A program made the position numbers and the translations under genes. Below the pieces are notes generated by a model that worked only from the letters and a program-made list of their open reading frames with translations, was not told the origin of the DNA and ran no database searches. Shown here in pieces: positions 10,734-21,243 of a stretch of DNA of 64,000 nt. This DNA comes from Chloropicon primus (taxonomy: Eukaryota): assembly GCA_023205875.1 (NCBI GenBank), contig CP060756.1:1178001-1242000 (forward strand). The letters are read 5' to 3'. The stretch's first letter is position 1. Each line of letters begins with the position of its first letter.

Positions 10734-11942
10734 TTACACAAGAATGGTGGTGCTCTCCTCCCGGTACCTGTCGAGAATCAGCTTCTCCAAACTCAGGACC
10801 AGTGGGTCGAGAGGGGTGAAACTCTTCGACTTGGCCACGCCGTCCTCGGTGGTGTACACGATCTCGGACACCGGGAGCAGGAGCCGGGAGGTGCTGGAAA
10901 TGAAGCACCCCTGCCAACTTTCCATCTCCTGCACGCTGGGAGGCCGCGCGTCCACGTCGATGCTCTCCTTCTCGCACTCCTCGAGGAGGAGCTTCCTCAC
11001 CGTCCCCTCCAGGATGCCCTCCCCCGCTGTCTGCACTTTGTTGTCCTTGACGACGTAAAAGTTCGTTTGCAGACCCTCGAAGAGCCTTCCCTCGTCGTCC
11101 TTCAGGATGACCTCGTTGCAGTCCTCCGGCATGGCCAGCTCGAGGGCCCTCCTCTGCCTCGCCCACTCGCTGTCCTTCGCCAGGGCGTTCTTCCTGGGTT
11201 TGCCCCCGATCTGGACCTTCACCGGCTGAGCCGGGCGGTCCCCGAGGGGCGTGACGAGGGTGAAGATGTCGAAGTCCCCCCCCTCGTCGCTCGGCTCCCA
11301 GGTCAGAAGCAGGGTGATCTTCATCTCCACGTCCCCGCCGTTGCACTCCTTGAACCGGGACATGCCCGCGCCCATGGACTCCGCGACTTTCGGCCTCAGG
11401 CTGTCGCTCGACAGGAAATCCTCGAACCTTCCCAGGTTCTCCAAGCGCCCCTTCTCCTCCCTCTCGCTCTCCAGCATCAGGGCGGCGCTCTTCGCGAGGC
11501 GCTCCACGTGGGCCTCGAACTCGAAGACCGCGCTCGAGTCGACCGACCGGGCTCCCGTGTAAGCCCCCCTCTTGCCCTGGACCAAAAAATCCTTGGCGGA
11601 TTCGTGAGGGTACGGAACGCACTCCGCGTTGTGCACGTACACCAGGCTGGGGTCCATCTCCTCGAAGTCCTCGTCCACCGCCTCCGCCGTCAGCGAGCTG
11701 AACGCCCTTGCTCCCCTCCCGGAACCAAGTCCACTCGCCCGAAACCCACTGCTCGACGACGACGCGAATGACGTCGACGCCGTGAAGACTTCCAAGGAAG
11801 ATCCCGTTCGAAACGACCCGAGTCCCGGTCGCCCTTCCTCGATCCTGCGCAGGCACGAGCCAAACCGCAAGACCTCCTTCGACCGCGCCCTCCCACCGTG
11901 TGCGAAGAACCTCCTCAGGGCGGTCTTCAGACCCAACTGCAT
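10734..11942 (-). CDS. PLP-dependent class IV aminotransferase-like protein with organellar transit peptide
   Basis: GAYTGAR, RKNALAKDSEW (putative catalytic Lys), EGLQTNFY, ILEGTVRK, FISSTSRLLLPV. Confidence 0.85.
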   Translation of the reverse strand: MQLGLKTALRRFFAHGGRARSKEVLRFGSCLRRIEEGRPGLGSFRTGSSLEVFTASTSFASSSSSGFRASGLGSGRGARAFSSLTAEAVDEDFEEMDPSLVYVHNAECVPYPHESAKDFLVQGKRGAYTGARSVDSSAVFEFEAHVERLAKSAALMLESEREEKGRLENLGRFEDFLSSDSLRPKVAESMGAGMSRFKECNGGDVEMKITLLLTWEPSDEGGDFDIFTLVTPLGDRPAQPVKVQIGGKPRKNALAKDSEWARQRRALELAMPEDCNEVILKDDEGRLFEGLQTNFYVVKDNKVQTAGEGILEGTVRKLLLEECEKESIDVDARPPSVQEMESWQGCFISSTSRLLLPVSEIVYTTEDGVAKSKSFTPLDPLVLSLEKLILDRYREESTTILV

Positions 11943-12227
11943 GACTCGCTCGTTTGAGGCCGCCCTCGTCTGCCAGCGATCTGCCAAGCGAATGCGTGGG
12001 GGCCACAAACGGAAAATCTTGTCGCGTCCTTTCGAGGTTGCCGATGGACCACATTATCCAAAAAAAGAGAGATGATGGACAGAGCCAGGAAGTTGCTTGT
12101 TTGTGTTCCCCCCGGCAAGCAAGAGAGTGGCGGGGCGTCCTGCCGTGGTGCACCTCGAAGGCGACACCCCCCCCCCCAAAGCAAAGGAGGTTGGTTGGCC
12201 TTGGTCCCCGGACCAAACCCAAATAGA

Positions 12228-13985
12228 TCAAATTTCGTCATGAAAGTCCTTGGCGGCTTCCTCCGACCCCCCCAGCGCGGAGACGACGTCGCTCATGACG
12301 TCCTTCTTCTTCTTGCTGAAGGGTGAGGGGCCCTCCCCCGGGATCTCGACATGGCGCATGGAGTGGTACGTGTGTATGAAGTCCAAGACGTCCTGCCGGC
12401 TGGTGGCGTCGCCCCCGAACCAGTACGGGAAGTCCTTGTACCTCGCCGAGACGTACTTCATCGCGGGGATTCGCCCGACGCTCTTTCGCGAGACGACAGG
12501 GGTGAGGACGACGTCCACCTTCACGATGGTGAGCTCGCTCTCGAGGAGGCCGTCGAGTTCCCCGCTGCGGACCAGGGACTCCAGCAAGTGCTCCAAGGCC
12601 AGCGCGTGGGTGCACCATCTGGCCGTGTACACGATCAGAGTGTCCTTCCACGACCTCTTGAGGACCTTGCCGTACGAGACTTCGCTCACCTCGCGCACGG
12701 TGCTCTCGTCAAGGCCCCAGTAGCTCTTCTGGTTCTGCGCGTGCATCTCGTACCGGGACAGGAGATCGTCTTCCTCTCCGTCGTCGCTCGTTCTGAGTCG
12801 GACTTCGTTGGCCTGGTCGTCGCCATACGCGCTGCCGTCCACGCAAAAGTGGTTCCTCTCGCCGCCGCCCTCCGCCCCTTGGTGCCTCAGGAACGCCTCT
12901 ATCGTGGCTTGCATGCTGCGTTCCGTCAGGGGAGTCAGCTGACTGTGAGCCACCTTGAGAGACTTGTCCTTGGACACCACTGCTAGCGCGGGCAACTCCA
13001 GCTCGGACAGCCCGCTCTCCTGCATGATGGTGGTCCTGCCGCTCTCGGTCGCGACGGACGATATCGTGAGGAAGGACAGCTCGTCGTGGTCCTTTGCTAT
13101 CTTCTCAAGCGACGCTCTTGCTTCCCCCGCGCCCTCCTCCTCCCCCCCCGAGTCGTAGAAGAGGTAGACGCGGTCCGAGCCCCTGGATTCGTACCTGTAG
13201 TAAGTCAGCATGGACAAGTTGCCCACGAGAGGGAACCCGTGGTGGTCCAAGAAGCTTTGGACCTCGGAAATGTTTCCTTGGTCGCCCGCGTATTGGATGG
13301 TGTAATTCCACTTCTTCGTGATGAAGATGGAGGGAAGGTGGTGGTCCAATCCAAAAGACTCTGAGATCTCTTTGGCCTTGGAGGCATCCCCGGTCACGGC
13401 CGCGAACGGAATGTGGCCCCTTAGCCGCTCGCCGAGGCGTTGGAAGACCTCGCTGGCGCCACCTGCGCTCGGGAACAGGCCACAGGCCACCATGCCCCTC
13501 TCGTCCACAAGCTTGTCCAGGTCGCCCCTCCTCTTGACCTTCCTCACTGCGGGCCCCCTGAAGCCCAGTACGAACGGAACGAGCGAGTCTTTCGTGCGAT
13601 ACCCCTGCAGGTCCTCTCGCGACGAGGTCACTTCCCTCCCGTTCTGAAACAAGACCAGAGTCGGCGTCTGCCTCACCCTGTACTTCTGGTTCAGCTCGTG
13701 GGCGTTCCTCGAGTCGATCTTCACTACGCTCGCTTTTCCGACGAGTTCGTCCGCGGCTTCCTCAAGCACCGGCTCCAACAGCTGGCAGTGCGCGCAGTCC
13801 GGAGAGTAAAACTCGACGAGGAGCAGCTTCTTGTGGTTCTCTATGGCCTTTGGAAGGCTGAGGGCGTCCAACTCCAAGATTTTCAGACAGGCCGAGGGCC
13901 GCGGGGCCGCAACCAAAGCGAAAAACAGCGCCAGCGCGATCGGGAGACCGGGGTACTTTCCCCCCCGACGCGGCAGCTCAGCCAT
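12228..13985 (-). CDS. Protein disulfide isomerase-like protein
   Basis: Signal peptide, FYSPDCAHC, second thioredoxin site WCTHA, C-terminal HDEI. Confidence 0.85.
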   Translation of the reverse strand: MAELPRRGGKYPGLPIALALFFALVAAPRPSACLKILELDALSLPKAIENHKKLLLVEFYSPDCAHCQLLEPVLEEAADELVGKASVVKIDSRNAHELNQKYRVRQTPTLVLFQNGREVTSSREDLQGYRTKDSLVPFVLGFRGPAVRKVKRRGDLDKLVDERGMVACGLFPSAGGASEVFQRLGERLRGHIPFAAVTGDASKAKEISESFGLDHHLPSIFITKKWNYTIQYAGDQGNISEVQSFLDHHGFPLVGNLSMLTYYRYESRGSDRVYLFYDSGGEEEGAGEARASLEKIAKDHDELSFLTISSVATESGRTTIMQESGLSELELPALAVVSKDKSLKVAHSQLTPLTERSMQATIEAFLRHQGAEGGGERNHFCVDGSAYGDDQANEVRLRTSDDGEEDDLLSRYEMHAQNQKSYWGLDESTVREVSEVSYGKVLKRSWKDTLIVYTARWCTHALALEHLLESLVRSGELDGLLESELTIVKVDVVLTPVVSRKSVGRIPAMKYVSARYKDFPYWFGGDATSRQDVLDFIHTYHSMRHVEIPGEGPSPFSKKKKDVMSDVVSALGGSEEAAKDFHDEI

Positions 13986-14328
13986 CTTGCCGAAAGATCC
14001 CGCCTTTAGAGATATGCTGGACGGCGACGCCTCTCGCGCCTCCCACCAACGCGAGAAAGTTACTGACAGCTGCCTCTCCCCCTTCCGCGCGCGGGAGATT
14101 GAAGCAGGAAGGAGATTGTTTGGGTTTCCAAGGAGAGGCGGGGGGGGGGGAGGGGAAGAACAAGAAGCAGGAAGGTGTTTGGACCGTTTTTCCTCTCTCG
14201 ACTTTGCAGTCGCATCAACGAATATTTAGACTTTCTTTTTATACCTGGTTTTACATATTTGAGGTCCAGCCCATGGACTGTGGACCACACGACCAGCTTC
14301 AACCTTCTGCGGTTGGGAGTGACTGCGG

Positions 14329-14401
14329 TCACTGACCTTCGACCCTATCTGGCAACACCGCAGACTGGGTTCGCAGTCCTCTGCCTCGCACGCCCTGCTG
14401 C

Positions 14402-14436
<35 letters not shown>

Positions 14437-15579
14437 CGGCGGCGGAACCTGTTGATCATAAATGGCTGGAGGTGGTGGCTGTGGAAGCACCTGCGGGATT
14501 TGTGCGTACATGGAGTACAAGGACGCCCCGCCTGGAGGAGCCTGGACCGCCCCCATCTGCTGGTTCGGCGGCGTCAGCACCGTTGGACCCTGCACGGAGC
14601 CTTCGTGGTACGGGTACGTTTCCATAGGCATGCCACCTGGAATCACCTGCGGAAAGTACCCCGGAATCACCTGAGGGGGATAGGAGTACATCTGCGGATA
14701 GGTGTACGGGTTCATGTTCATGTTCATGTTCCTCATGTTCATCCTCCCCATGCCTCCGTTCCCCCCCCTGTGCATGTGGCTCGCGGACTTGTTGTTCCTC
14801 ATGGCCTTGGTGGGGTAACCCTTGCTCTGCTGCCTCGGCGTCGCGGACTTCACCTCGACCAGCTTGCCCTTGAGCTCGTGGAACCTGCTCTTCGCGAAAA
14901 CCTTGTCGTAGGTCTCCTCCGTTGTGAAGGTGATGAACCCGAACCCCCTCGACCTCCCGGTGAGGTGGTCCTGCAAGATCTGAGACTCGGAGATCTCCCC
15001 GAACTGCTCAAAATACTTCCTGAAGTCTTCGTCCGTCGTGTCTGCGCTCAAGCCCCCGACAAACACTTTTCTCCGGGTGGGCCCGGCCTGCGAGCCCCCC
15101 CCGGGGCTGCTTTCCCCGGGAGCCGCGGAGATCTTAGCCTCCACCACCCTGCCGTCGATCGTGTGCTTGTGGTTGCAGGCCTCCTCCGCCTCCTTCTTCG
15201 AGCCGAGGGTCACGAAGCCGAAGCCGCGGGAGCACTGCGTTCGGGGGTGGCGCATGATGCTCACCTCCACGATGGTCCCGTATCCCTCGAACGACTTCTT
15301 TAGGGACTCCTCCGAGGTCTCCCACGCCAGCCCCCCCACGAAGAGCTTCACCGGCCCGCCCCCCACGTCCTGCCCCTCCACGTCCTGCCCCTCCACGTCC
15401 TGCCCCTCCACAACCTTGAGGCCCGAGAGGTCCAGAACCTCCGCGGGATCTTTCTGCGCCTCGGCGCCTTCCGCCCCCTCGGCCGGGGTCTCCGCGGGGA
15501 CAACACCGTCTCCCGCCCCGCGGTCGCCCCCCCACACCGCGCCGTTCCCCTCCACAACCAAAACCTCCTCGTCCGACAT
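14329..15579 (-). CDS. hnRNP A/B / Musashi-like RNA-binding protein (2 RRMs, Q/P-rich tail)
   Basis: KLFVGGL/RGFGFVT and KVFVGGL/RGFGFIT RNP motifs; first ATG at 15579. Confidence 0.9.
15364..15410. repeat. 15-bp coding tandem repeat x3 (encodes VEGQD units)
   Basis: cacgtcctgcccctc repeated three times. Confidence 0.8.
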
Positions 15580-16513
15580 ACCGCAAAGCAAGCGACGCAC
15601 GGAAAACACCCTCGCCTCAACGAGCGAAACGAAACGAAACGAAACTCTCTCAAGCCCCCGCGCAACCAGCACCAATTTTCTCTCGACCGCTGGGGTCGCA
15701 ACCCCAGTCTCCCCTCGCTCGCTGAGCTCCTGCCGCTCGCTCGCCTCCTCTCTCTGGTGCTCTGGCCACAAACCTCTCGGGGTGGAACAGAAAATCCATT
15801 CAATTTTCTGAGAGAGCGAAACTCATTTTTTTTTGCGGCGAGGCTGAGGCCGAGGAAGATAGGGTTTGCCCCCAGAGATTGAGCTGGCAGATGGATCCGA
15901 GGCCGACCCCTCAATGTGACATGATGATCATACCTTGATGGGACGTTGGAGGCAAAGGGATTTGGGGGGTTGTGCAATTGCACGGGCGGGCGCTTCCTCG
16001 GCTGTTCCGCCTCCTCGATTGCGCGACGGTGGTGGTGCTGCTGTTGCCTGCTGTGAGTCACAGCCCGTGAGTGGACCCGGCCCCCGAGCGAGGCAGAGAG
16101 GGCGAGGAGCCCATCGATCGCGAGATCTCACAATGGGGAATGATGGGGAATAGCAAGTGCGCGCAGGAATCTGCCTGCGGGCTGGGGCGAAGAAAAGTTG
16201 CCCCGGGGGCGACCGCGCCGACCTCTCACGTCCTCGTGAGAGGAGTCTCTCGGGCAGCAGCCGGTGAGAGGGAGAGGACCCCGCAGGCAGGGTGACCCCT
16301 CCTCTGCACCTCTCTCTGGACCTGGGGGCTCGCGCGTCCCGGGTAACGAGGAGGCCTCCGTTTCGCGACCCGAAGTCCCACACAATGTTCTGCTCTATAT
16401 AAAAATTAAAGTGCTTCTTCTCTCGTTGGACTCGTTGGACCTCGCACCCAGACGGCCAGCCTGCGCTGGCGTCCTCGTCGGGGCTCGAAGCCCCGCCTCG
16501 GAGAGCACACCTC

Positions 16514-17208
16514 TTAGTGGGCACCAGGATTTCTGTATTCTGCTCGTCGTGGTGGTGGTGGTTTTCGCACAAACGCATGGACGCCAAACAAAAGTTCACG
16601 CGGAGGTCAGCGAGGAGAGAAAAGGGAGGGATTGCTCGCGACGGATTGCTCGCGACGGAATTCGTGCGAACGGAGGGGCCGGTGCCCACCACTTACTTGA
16701 CTTCTTGATATCCTCGTCGGTGACGCCGAACGCTATGCTGGTGAAGATGGCCCCGGTCACGGCGAAACCCACCACGAAAGGCCAGCTGCGCGAAACGGGA
16801 AACAGGGAAGACGAAGAGGGGAGTCACGGCGTCAGTCTCGGTCCAAAAAACTCAAAATCCTTCGGTGGCTCCAAGCGAGCGAGTGAAGCCGACCCCTCTT
16901 TTCAAGAACGCAATTTCGACACCCCGGAACGACGGAGAGAGTGCTCTGCCGGGAGGGCGCGGAAATCTCGAGGCGCCTCTCCGCCGGCCGCGCGGGGGAA
17001 ACGCCAAACCCGCACTCGATTTCTTCCCTTCCGCGCCTCTCTCCTCGAGAGAAGGCTCTCAACAAGTCCCCTCTCTCGAAACCCATTCCTATCCCTTCCT
17101 CCGGTTCGTAAAAAGAAACCAACCGCTTTTCGAGAACACTTACGTGACCCTAAGCTCCCTCTTAATGGTCCTCAGCCATGGCTCTACCGATACGCTTGGA
17201 GGTGGCAT
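16514..17208 (-). CDS. Mitochondrial ATP synthase 6-kDa small subunit (plant type); exons 17208-17144, 16785-16697, 16539-16514
   Basis: Spliced 59 aa MPPPSVSVEPWLRTIKRELRVTWPFVVGFAVTGAIFTSIAFGVTDEDIKKSKYRNPGAH resembles the plant family motif PW....RE....WPF..GFAVTG; absent from ORF track. Confidence 0.85.
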
Positions 17209-17436
17209 TTTGTCCTGTACGCAAGTCCTTCGAAGCTCCCTCTCTCGTTCGCAAACCAAGTCAAGTTCAAGTCACCTGCGCCGCTTCCCCTTTGTCAAAC
17301 CCTATTTTCTTTTCTCCAGACCAGAGAGAGAGAGAGAGAGTGAGAGAGAGAGAGAGGAGAGAGAGACAGAGAGAAAGACAAAGAGGAGGGGAAGTTTTTG
17401 GGGTGGAGCGGTCTTGAGGAGGAACCTTCCAGCACC

Positions 17437-18384
17437 ATGAAGCCAGGGAAGGACGTGTTCAATGACCTGTGCATGAGGTTCGTCCTCAACTGCCCGGAGG
17501 AGGAGCTCCAGTCGTGGGAAAGGCTTCTGTTTCAAGTGGAGCAGGCCCACTGGTTCTACGAGGACCACATAAGGCGGGAGAACACCAAACTGGAGACGTA
17601 CAAGCTGAAGAGCTTCGCCAAGACCCTGTTCTCGGAGTGCAGCGTGCTCAAGCCGTACAAGGAGCAGGTGGACGAGATCATGTCGCAGTTCAACGCGTAC
17701 AAATCACTTGTGCCTGTGATGGGGGGCATCATACTGGACAAGGAGATGGAGCACTGCTTGCTGCTCAGAGGGATCAAGAGTTCGGGGACTTGGGGGTTCC
17801 CGAAGGGGAAGCTAGATCAGAACGAGGAGGACATCCACTGCGCGGCGAGGGAGGTGCTGGAGGAGACGAGCCTGGACATAAGCGACATGGTCTCGGAGGA
17901 GAACTCGATCGAGATCAACGTGAAGAACCAGAGAAGGAAAATGTACATCGTTTCTGGGGTCGACCGGAACACTCTGTTCGCTCCGAAGATGCGTGGCGAG
18001 GTCGGCAAGTACGCCTGGATGCCAATCAGCGGGCTCCCGTCGAAGGGCAACAACGAGGGGGCCGGAGTGATGACTCAGGACGACGGGAGGTTCAAGTTCT
18101 GGCAGGTGTGGAGGTTCGTGAAGCCGCTCAGGGCTTGGATCAAGAGGCAAAAGCAGAAGTCCAAGGAGAAGTCCAAGCTCGTGGTGCTCAAGGGCAAGGT
18201 GCCGAAGAAGAAGGAACCCGCGACGGTGACGATTGCCGCCACAACTACAACCAGCAGCAGCAGCCCCGCCAGCAAGAAGGATACGCCGCCCCCCACACCC
18301 CCAAGCGGGGACGACCCTCTCCTGGACTTCACGTTTGACAAGGAGAGCATCATGAACGCTTTTAGCTTGGTGGCCGAGGCGTAG
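17437..18384 (+). CDS. DCP2: mRNA-decapping enzyme subunit 2
   Basis: Box A DLCMRFVLNCPEEE...FQVEQAHWFYED and Nudix WGFPKGK...CAAREVLEET. Confidence 0.95.
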   Translation: MKPGKDVFNDLCMRFVLNCPEEELQSWERLLFQVEQAHWFYEDHIRRENTKLETYKLKSFAKTLFSECSVLKPYKEQVDEIMSQFNAYKSLVPVMGGIILDKEMEHCLLLRGIKSSGTWGFPKGKLDQNEEDIHCAAREVLEETSLDISDMVSEENSIEINVKNQRRKMYIVSGVDRNTLFAPKMRGEVGKYAWMPISGLPSKGNNEGAGVMTQDDGRFKFWQVWRFVKPLRAWIKRQKQKSKEKSKLVVLKGKVPKKKEPATVTIAATTTTSSSSPASKKDTPPPTPPSGDDPLLDFTFDKESIMNAFSLVAEA

Positions 18385-18550
18385 ACCCTTCCCGCGTCGT
18401 CGTGTACAATTATTCGTGTAGAATAAGGCGGAAGCAAAATTAATATTACATTGTTGATACACTCGCTTGCTGAAGTTGCTTGTCTTCTGCCAGCCTTTCA
18501 TTTAAGGCTCTCATATCATCTGTCAACCCTGGAATGAATGTCTTGCTTGG

Positions 18551-20533
18551 TCAGGTTGATATCGAATCCAAGAACGCCGCGGTGTCAACACTCTCCGTAC
18601 TGTTATTCAACTTCCTGCAAATGGTGATCGCCTCCTGGGCACTCAGGGAGCCTCCGATCTTCGCCACAAGGTCAACAAGGTCCTTCGCGGAGGTGGATCC
18701 CTCGCCCTCGCTGTCAGTGCGAATGAGCAAGGACTTGAGCTCGTCGAGCTTCTCTCCGGCGAGGAACCCTCTCAGTCTCGAAGTGATCGCGTCGAAATCG
18801 CACTCGGCAAAGTTGTGCTCCTCCATGTAACTCAGGGTGTACTTGTCCGCGCTTATGATCTGGAAAGCCCTGCAGTACACAATGATCTTGCTTCCAACGG
18901 TGAGGTCGTACTTGGTGTAGAGCTTGTTGTCGGGGTTTTTGACCTTTTGCCTCTCCAAGAACTTTCCTCCCACGATTCCGGAGTTCCTTTGCGGCGGCTC
19001 GAAGATCAAGATGGTGTCGTCCACAAGGTAGTACGTAATGACGAACTCTCTCTCCGCGTCGTACCTGCTCTTGAGCGGGAACTCAGGGGTCTCCACCAGC
19101 TTGGCCACGTAGCGCAGCAACTTTCCGTCGTTCAAGACGAACTGCTTCATGTCCTTCTTCAGTGGTTTGAGAACCAAGGACTTCTGGGCCTGCAGGGCCT
19201 CCTCATCAGACCCGATGCTGAAGGCGTGCTTCATCAGCTTTGGCTGCACGTGCACCACTTCCTTCTTTGGGAAGACGTCGATTTTCTCGAGGTTCTCCTT
19301 TGGCATGCCGAGCTTGGTGACGTAAAAGTCTCTCGTGAACTCGTCGCAGTCGTACATGAGCAGCTCCTTTCCGTAAACGCTGATGGTCGCTCCGATCTTG
19401 AGATCGGTGAAGTTCAAGTACTGCTCCTCCTTTGGGTCACGGAAAAAGTCGCTTGGGACCATGGAGTCGCCCTTGGTCAGCTTCATGCGCCTGAGCAACA
19501 GTGGGAAGGCATCCCTGCCGCTGTTCCTGTCGTTCACTTCCAGAACCTCAATGGTGTCGTCGGAGAGGTAGTAGTGAACGATGGACTGCCTCTTCTCGTT
19601 GCCGTAGACGGCATCCTCCTCCCAGACACTGTAAAACCTCAGCACCTTCCTGTCGTTCTCAAGCATCTTTTTGCTCAGGGTACCTCTGGAGAAGAAAGTA
19701 AGTGATGCTTCGTCGGGCTTGCGCTGCTGCTTGAAGAAGTGATCTCTCTCCTTCTGTTTCATCATGGTGTAAGGATCGCCAGGCGCCTCGAGGTCGTCCG
19801 CCAGGGTGATGTTCTTCGACGCCAAGAACTTGCGAGTGAAGTCGTCACAGGATATGATGTGAAACTCTCTCTTGTAAATGTCCACGGTATCTCCGACGAG
19901 AAGGTCCTTGTACTTCAAGTAGCCGCCGTCCTCCTTTTGCACTTGCATTCTCTTCAGGAACACGCCCTGTGGGATACCACTGTTATCCACCCTGGGCTCG
20001 CTGATATGGATGGTGTCATCCTCAAGGTAATAGTACAAGACGCACTTTCTCACTCGCCACTTCTCCTCCCTTCTCTCTGTGATGATCTCCTTGAACCAGC
20101 CGAAGTACCTCAGCACCTGGGATGAACAAAAAGTCAAGGAACCGCGAGTCAGTTCGAACGCCTTGTTGCAAAGCCCCTCTCTCCCTTCCTTACCTGTCCG
20201 TCGTACACAAGCCATCCGGGCTGAGTGACCTTCTTGTTCGGGGCAGTCTTCTCCGCCAGAGGCTTCCTCCTCACCGGCGCGGACGTGGGTCGGAGATGGG
20301 GGGGCAGAGAGTACTGCGAAACAGAAGCAAACGAAAAGGAAGCTCGTGTCAGCGTGTGTGTGTGCGTGCGAGAAACGGCAGGCAAGACGACAAAGCCAAC
20401 GCACCTCTCCGTAGTTTCCAGCAATGCCGTTGACAACTTTGAACACTTGCGGCCTTGGCCTCGCCAGGTCCAGCGGATTGTAAAACTCCGTTCCCGGAAG
20501 TTTCGGTAAAGGTATGTTCTCAAAGCCCTCCAT
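18551..20533 (-). CDS. RIB72: EFHC1/RIB72 axonemal protein (3 DM10 domains + EF-hand); exons 20533-20405, 20313-20194, 20116-18551
   Basis: LPKLPG N-terminus; YYLEDDTIHISEPRVDNSGIPQG, YYLSDDTIEV..NSGRD, YYLVDDTILIFEPPQRNSGIVGGKFLER. Confidence 0.92.
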   Translation of the reverse strand: MEGFENIPLPKLPGTEFYNPLDLARPRPQVFKVVNGIAGNYGEVRWLCRLACRFSHAHTHADTSFLFVCFCFAVLSAPPSPTHVRAGEEEASGGEDCPEQEGHSARMACVRRTGKEGREGLCNKAFELTRGSLTFCSSQVLRYFGWFKEIITERREEKWRVRKCVLYYYLEDDTIHISEPRVDNSGIPQGVFLKRMQVQKEDGGYLKYKDLLVGDTVDIYKREFHIISCDDFTRKFLASKNITLADDLEAPGDPYTMMKQKERDHFFKQQRKPDEASLTFFSRGTLSKKMLENDRKVLRFYSVWEEDAVYGNEKRQSIVHYYLSDDTIEVLEVNDRNSGRDAFPLLLRRMKLTKGDSMVPSDFFRDPKEEQYLNFTDLKIGATISVYGKELLMYDCDEFTRDFYVTKLGMPKENLEKIDVFPKKEVVHVQPKLMKHAFSIGSDEEALQAQKSLVLKPLKKDMKQFVLNDGKLLRYVAKLVETPEFPLKSRYDAEREFVITYYLVDDTILIFEPPQRNSGIVGGKFLERQKVKNPDNKLYTKYDLTVGSKIIVYCRAFQIISADKYTLSYMEEHNFAECDFDAITSRLRGFLAGEKLDELKSLLIRTDSEGEGSTSAKDLVDLVAKIGGSLSAQEAITICRKLNNSTESVDTAAFLDSIST

Positions 20534-21243
20534 CTTTGGGCCCTTAGGGTGTTGTTGCTCGTAATCAGGAGCCAAACTTCGCCGACCTGATGCAAGGGAA
20601 CACCGAAACCGATTTCTCTTTTGGCTCGCTCTCCTCGAGTCGATCTCTCCTCTCCCGATCGTTTCCCACGTCTCTTGTCTTGCGTTGCACAATCTCCTTG
20701 CGCGGCGTGATCACGCAAGTAACTAACTCCTCCCCTTCGTCTGCTCCTCCCCTCGAGTTCCTCGAGAAACAGACAAAAAAAATACAATTCAAATCCACGA
20801 AATCAAGGCAGCAAGATGGAATCGTATTCCTTTATTAATTCCATCTTGACCCTCAAGGAGGAGGAGCTCCCCGGGAAATTCAAATGCCAACGAATTTGAG
20901 ACTAGTACATATAAAAGTACACTTAGAGGCCGGAGAGGCGAGGGGCTTCCTCCTCTCCGTCGATGTGATCTGGCTCTGGTCTGCTCCTCGGCCAATGGCC
21001 AATGTCACAACGAAGCTTGCTGGGGAGGGGGTTGAGGAGGAGTGATGGGGGAGAGGGCTTAGGGTCTCGGGGACGGAGTGCGTCCTCGACGAAACCGTAA
21101 GTGCCCTGCTGTCTCTTGGGGCCGGACACGGTGGGGGAAAACTTGGAATCTTAACACTAACTGCATATACTATGAAAAGAGCAAAAATCTTTTTCTGCAA
21201 TGTGTCTCTCTATCTTACGGAGCGCGCTCCAAAGTTTCCCGAT

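Noticed and set aside
14393..14445. CTG/CAG trinucleotide tract
   Set aside because: Encodes the poly-Gln/Pro tail of the RRM protein; common
16374..16405. GTCCCACA plus TATA as a plant snRNA USE-TATA promoter
   Set aside because: Spacing is much shorter than known USE-TATA distances and no snRNA follows; may be the 3' end of the ATP synthase subunit gene
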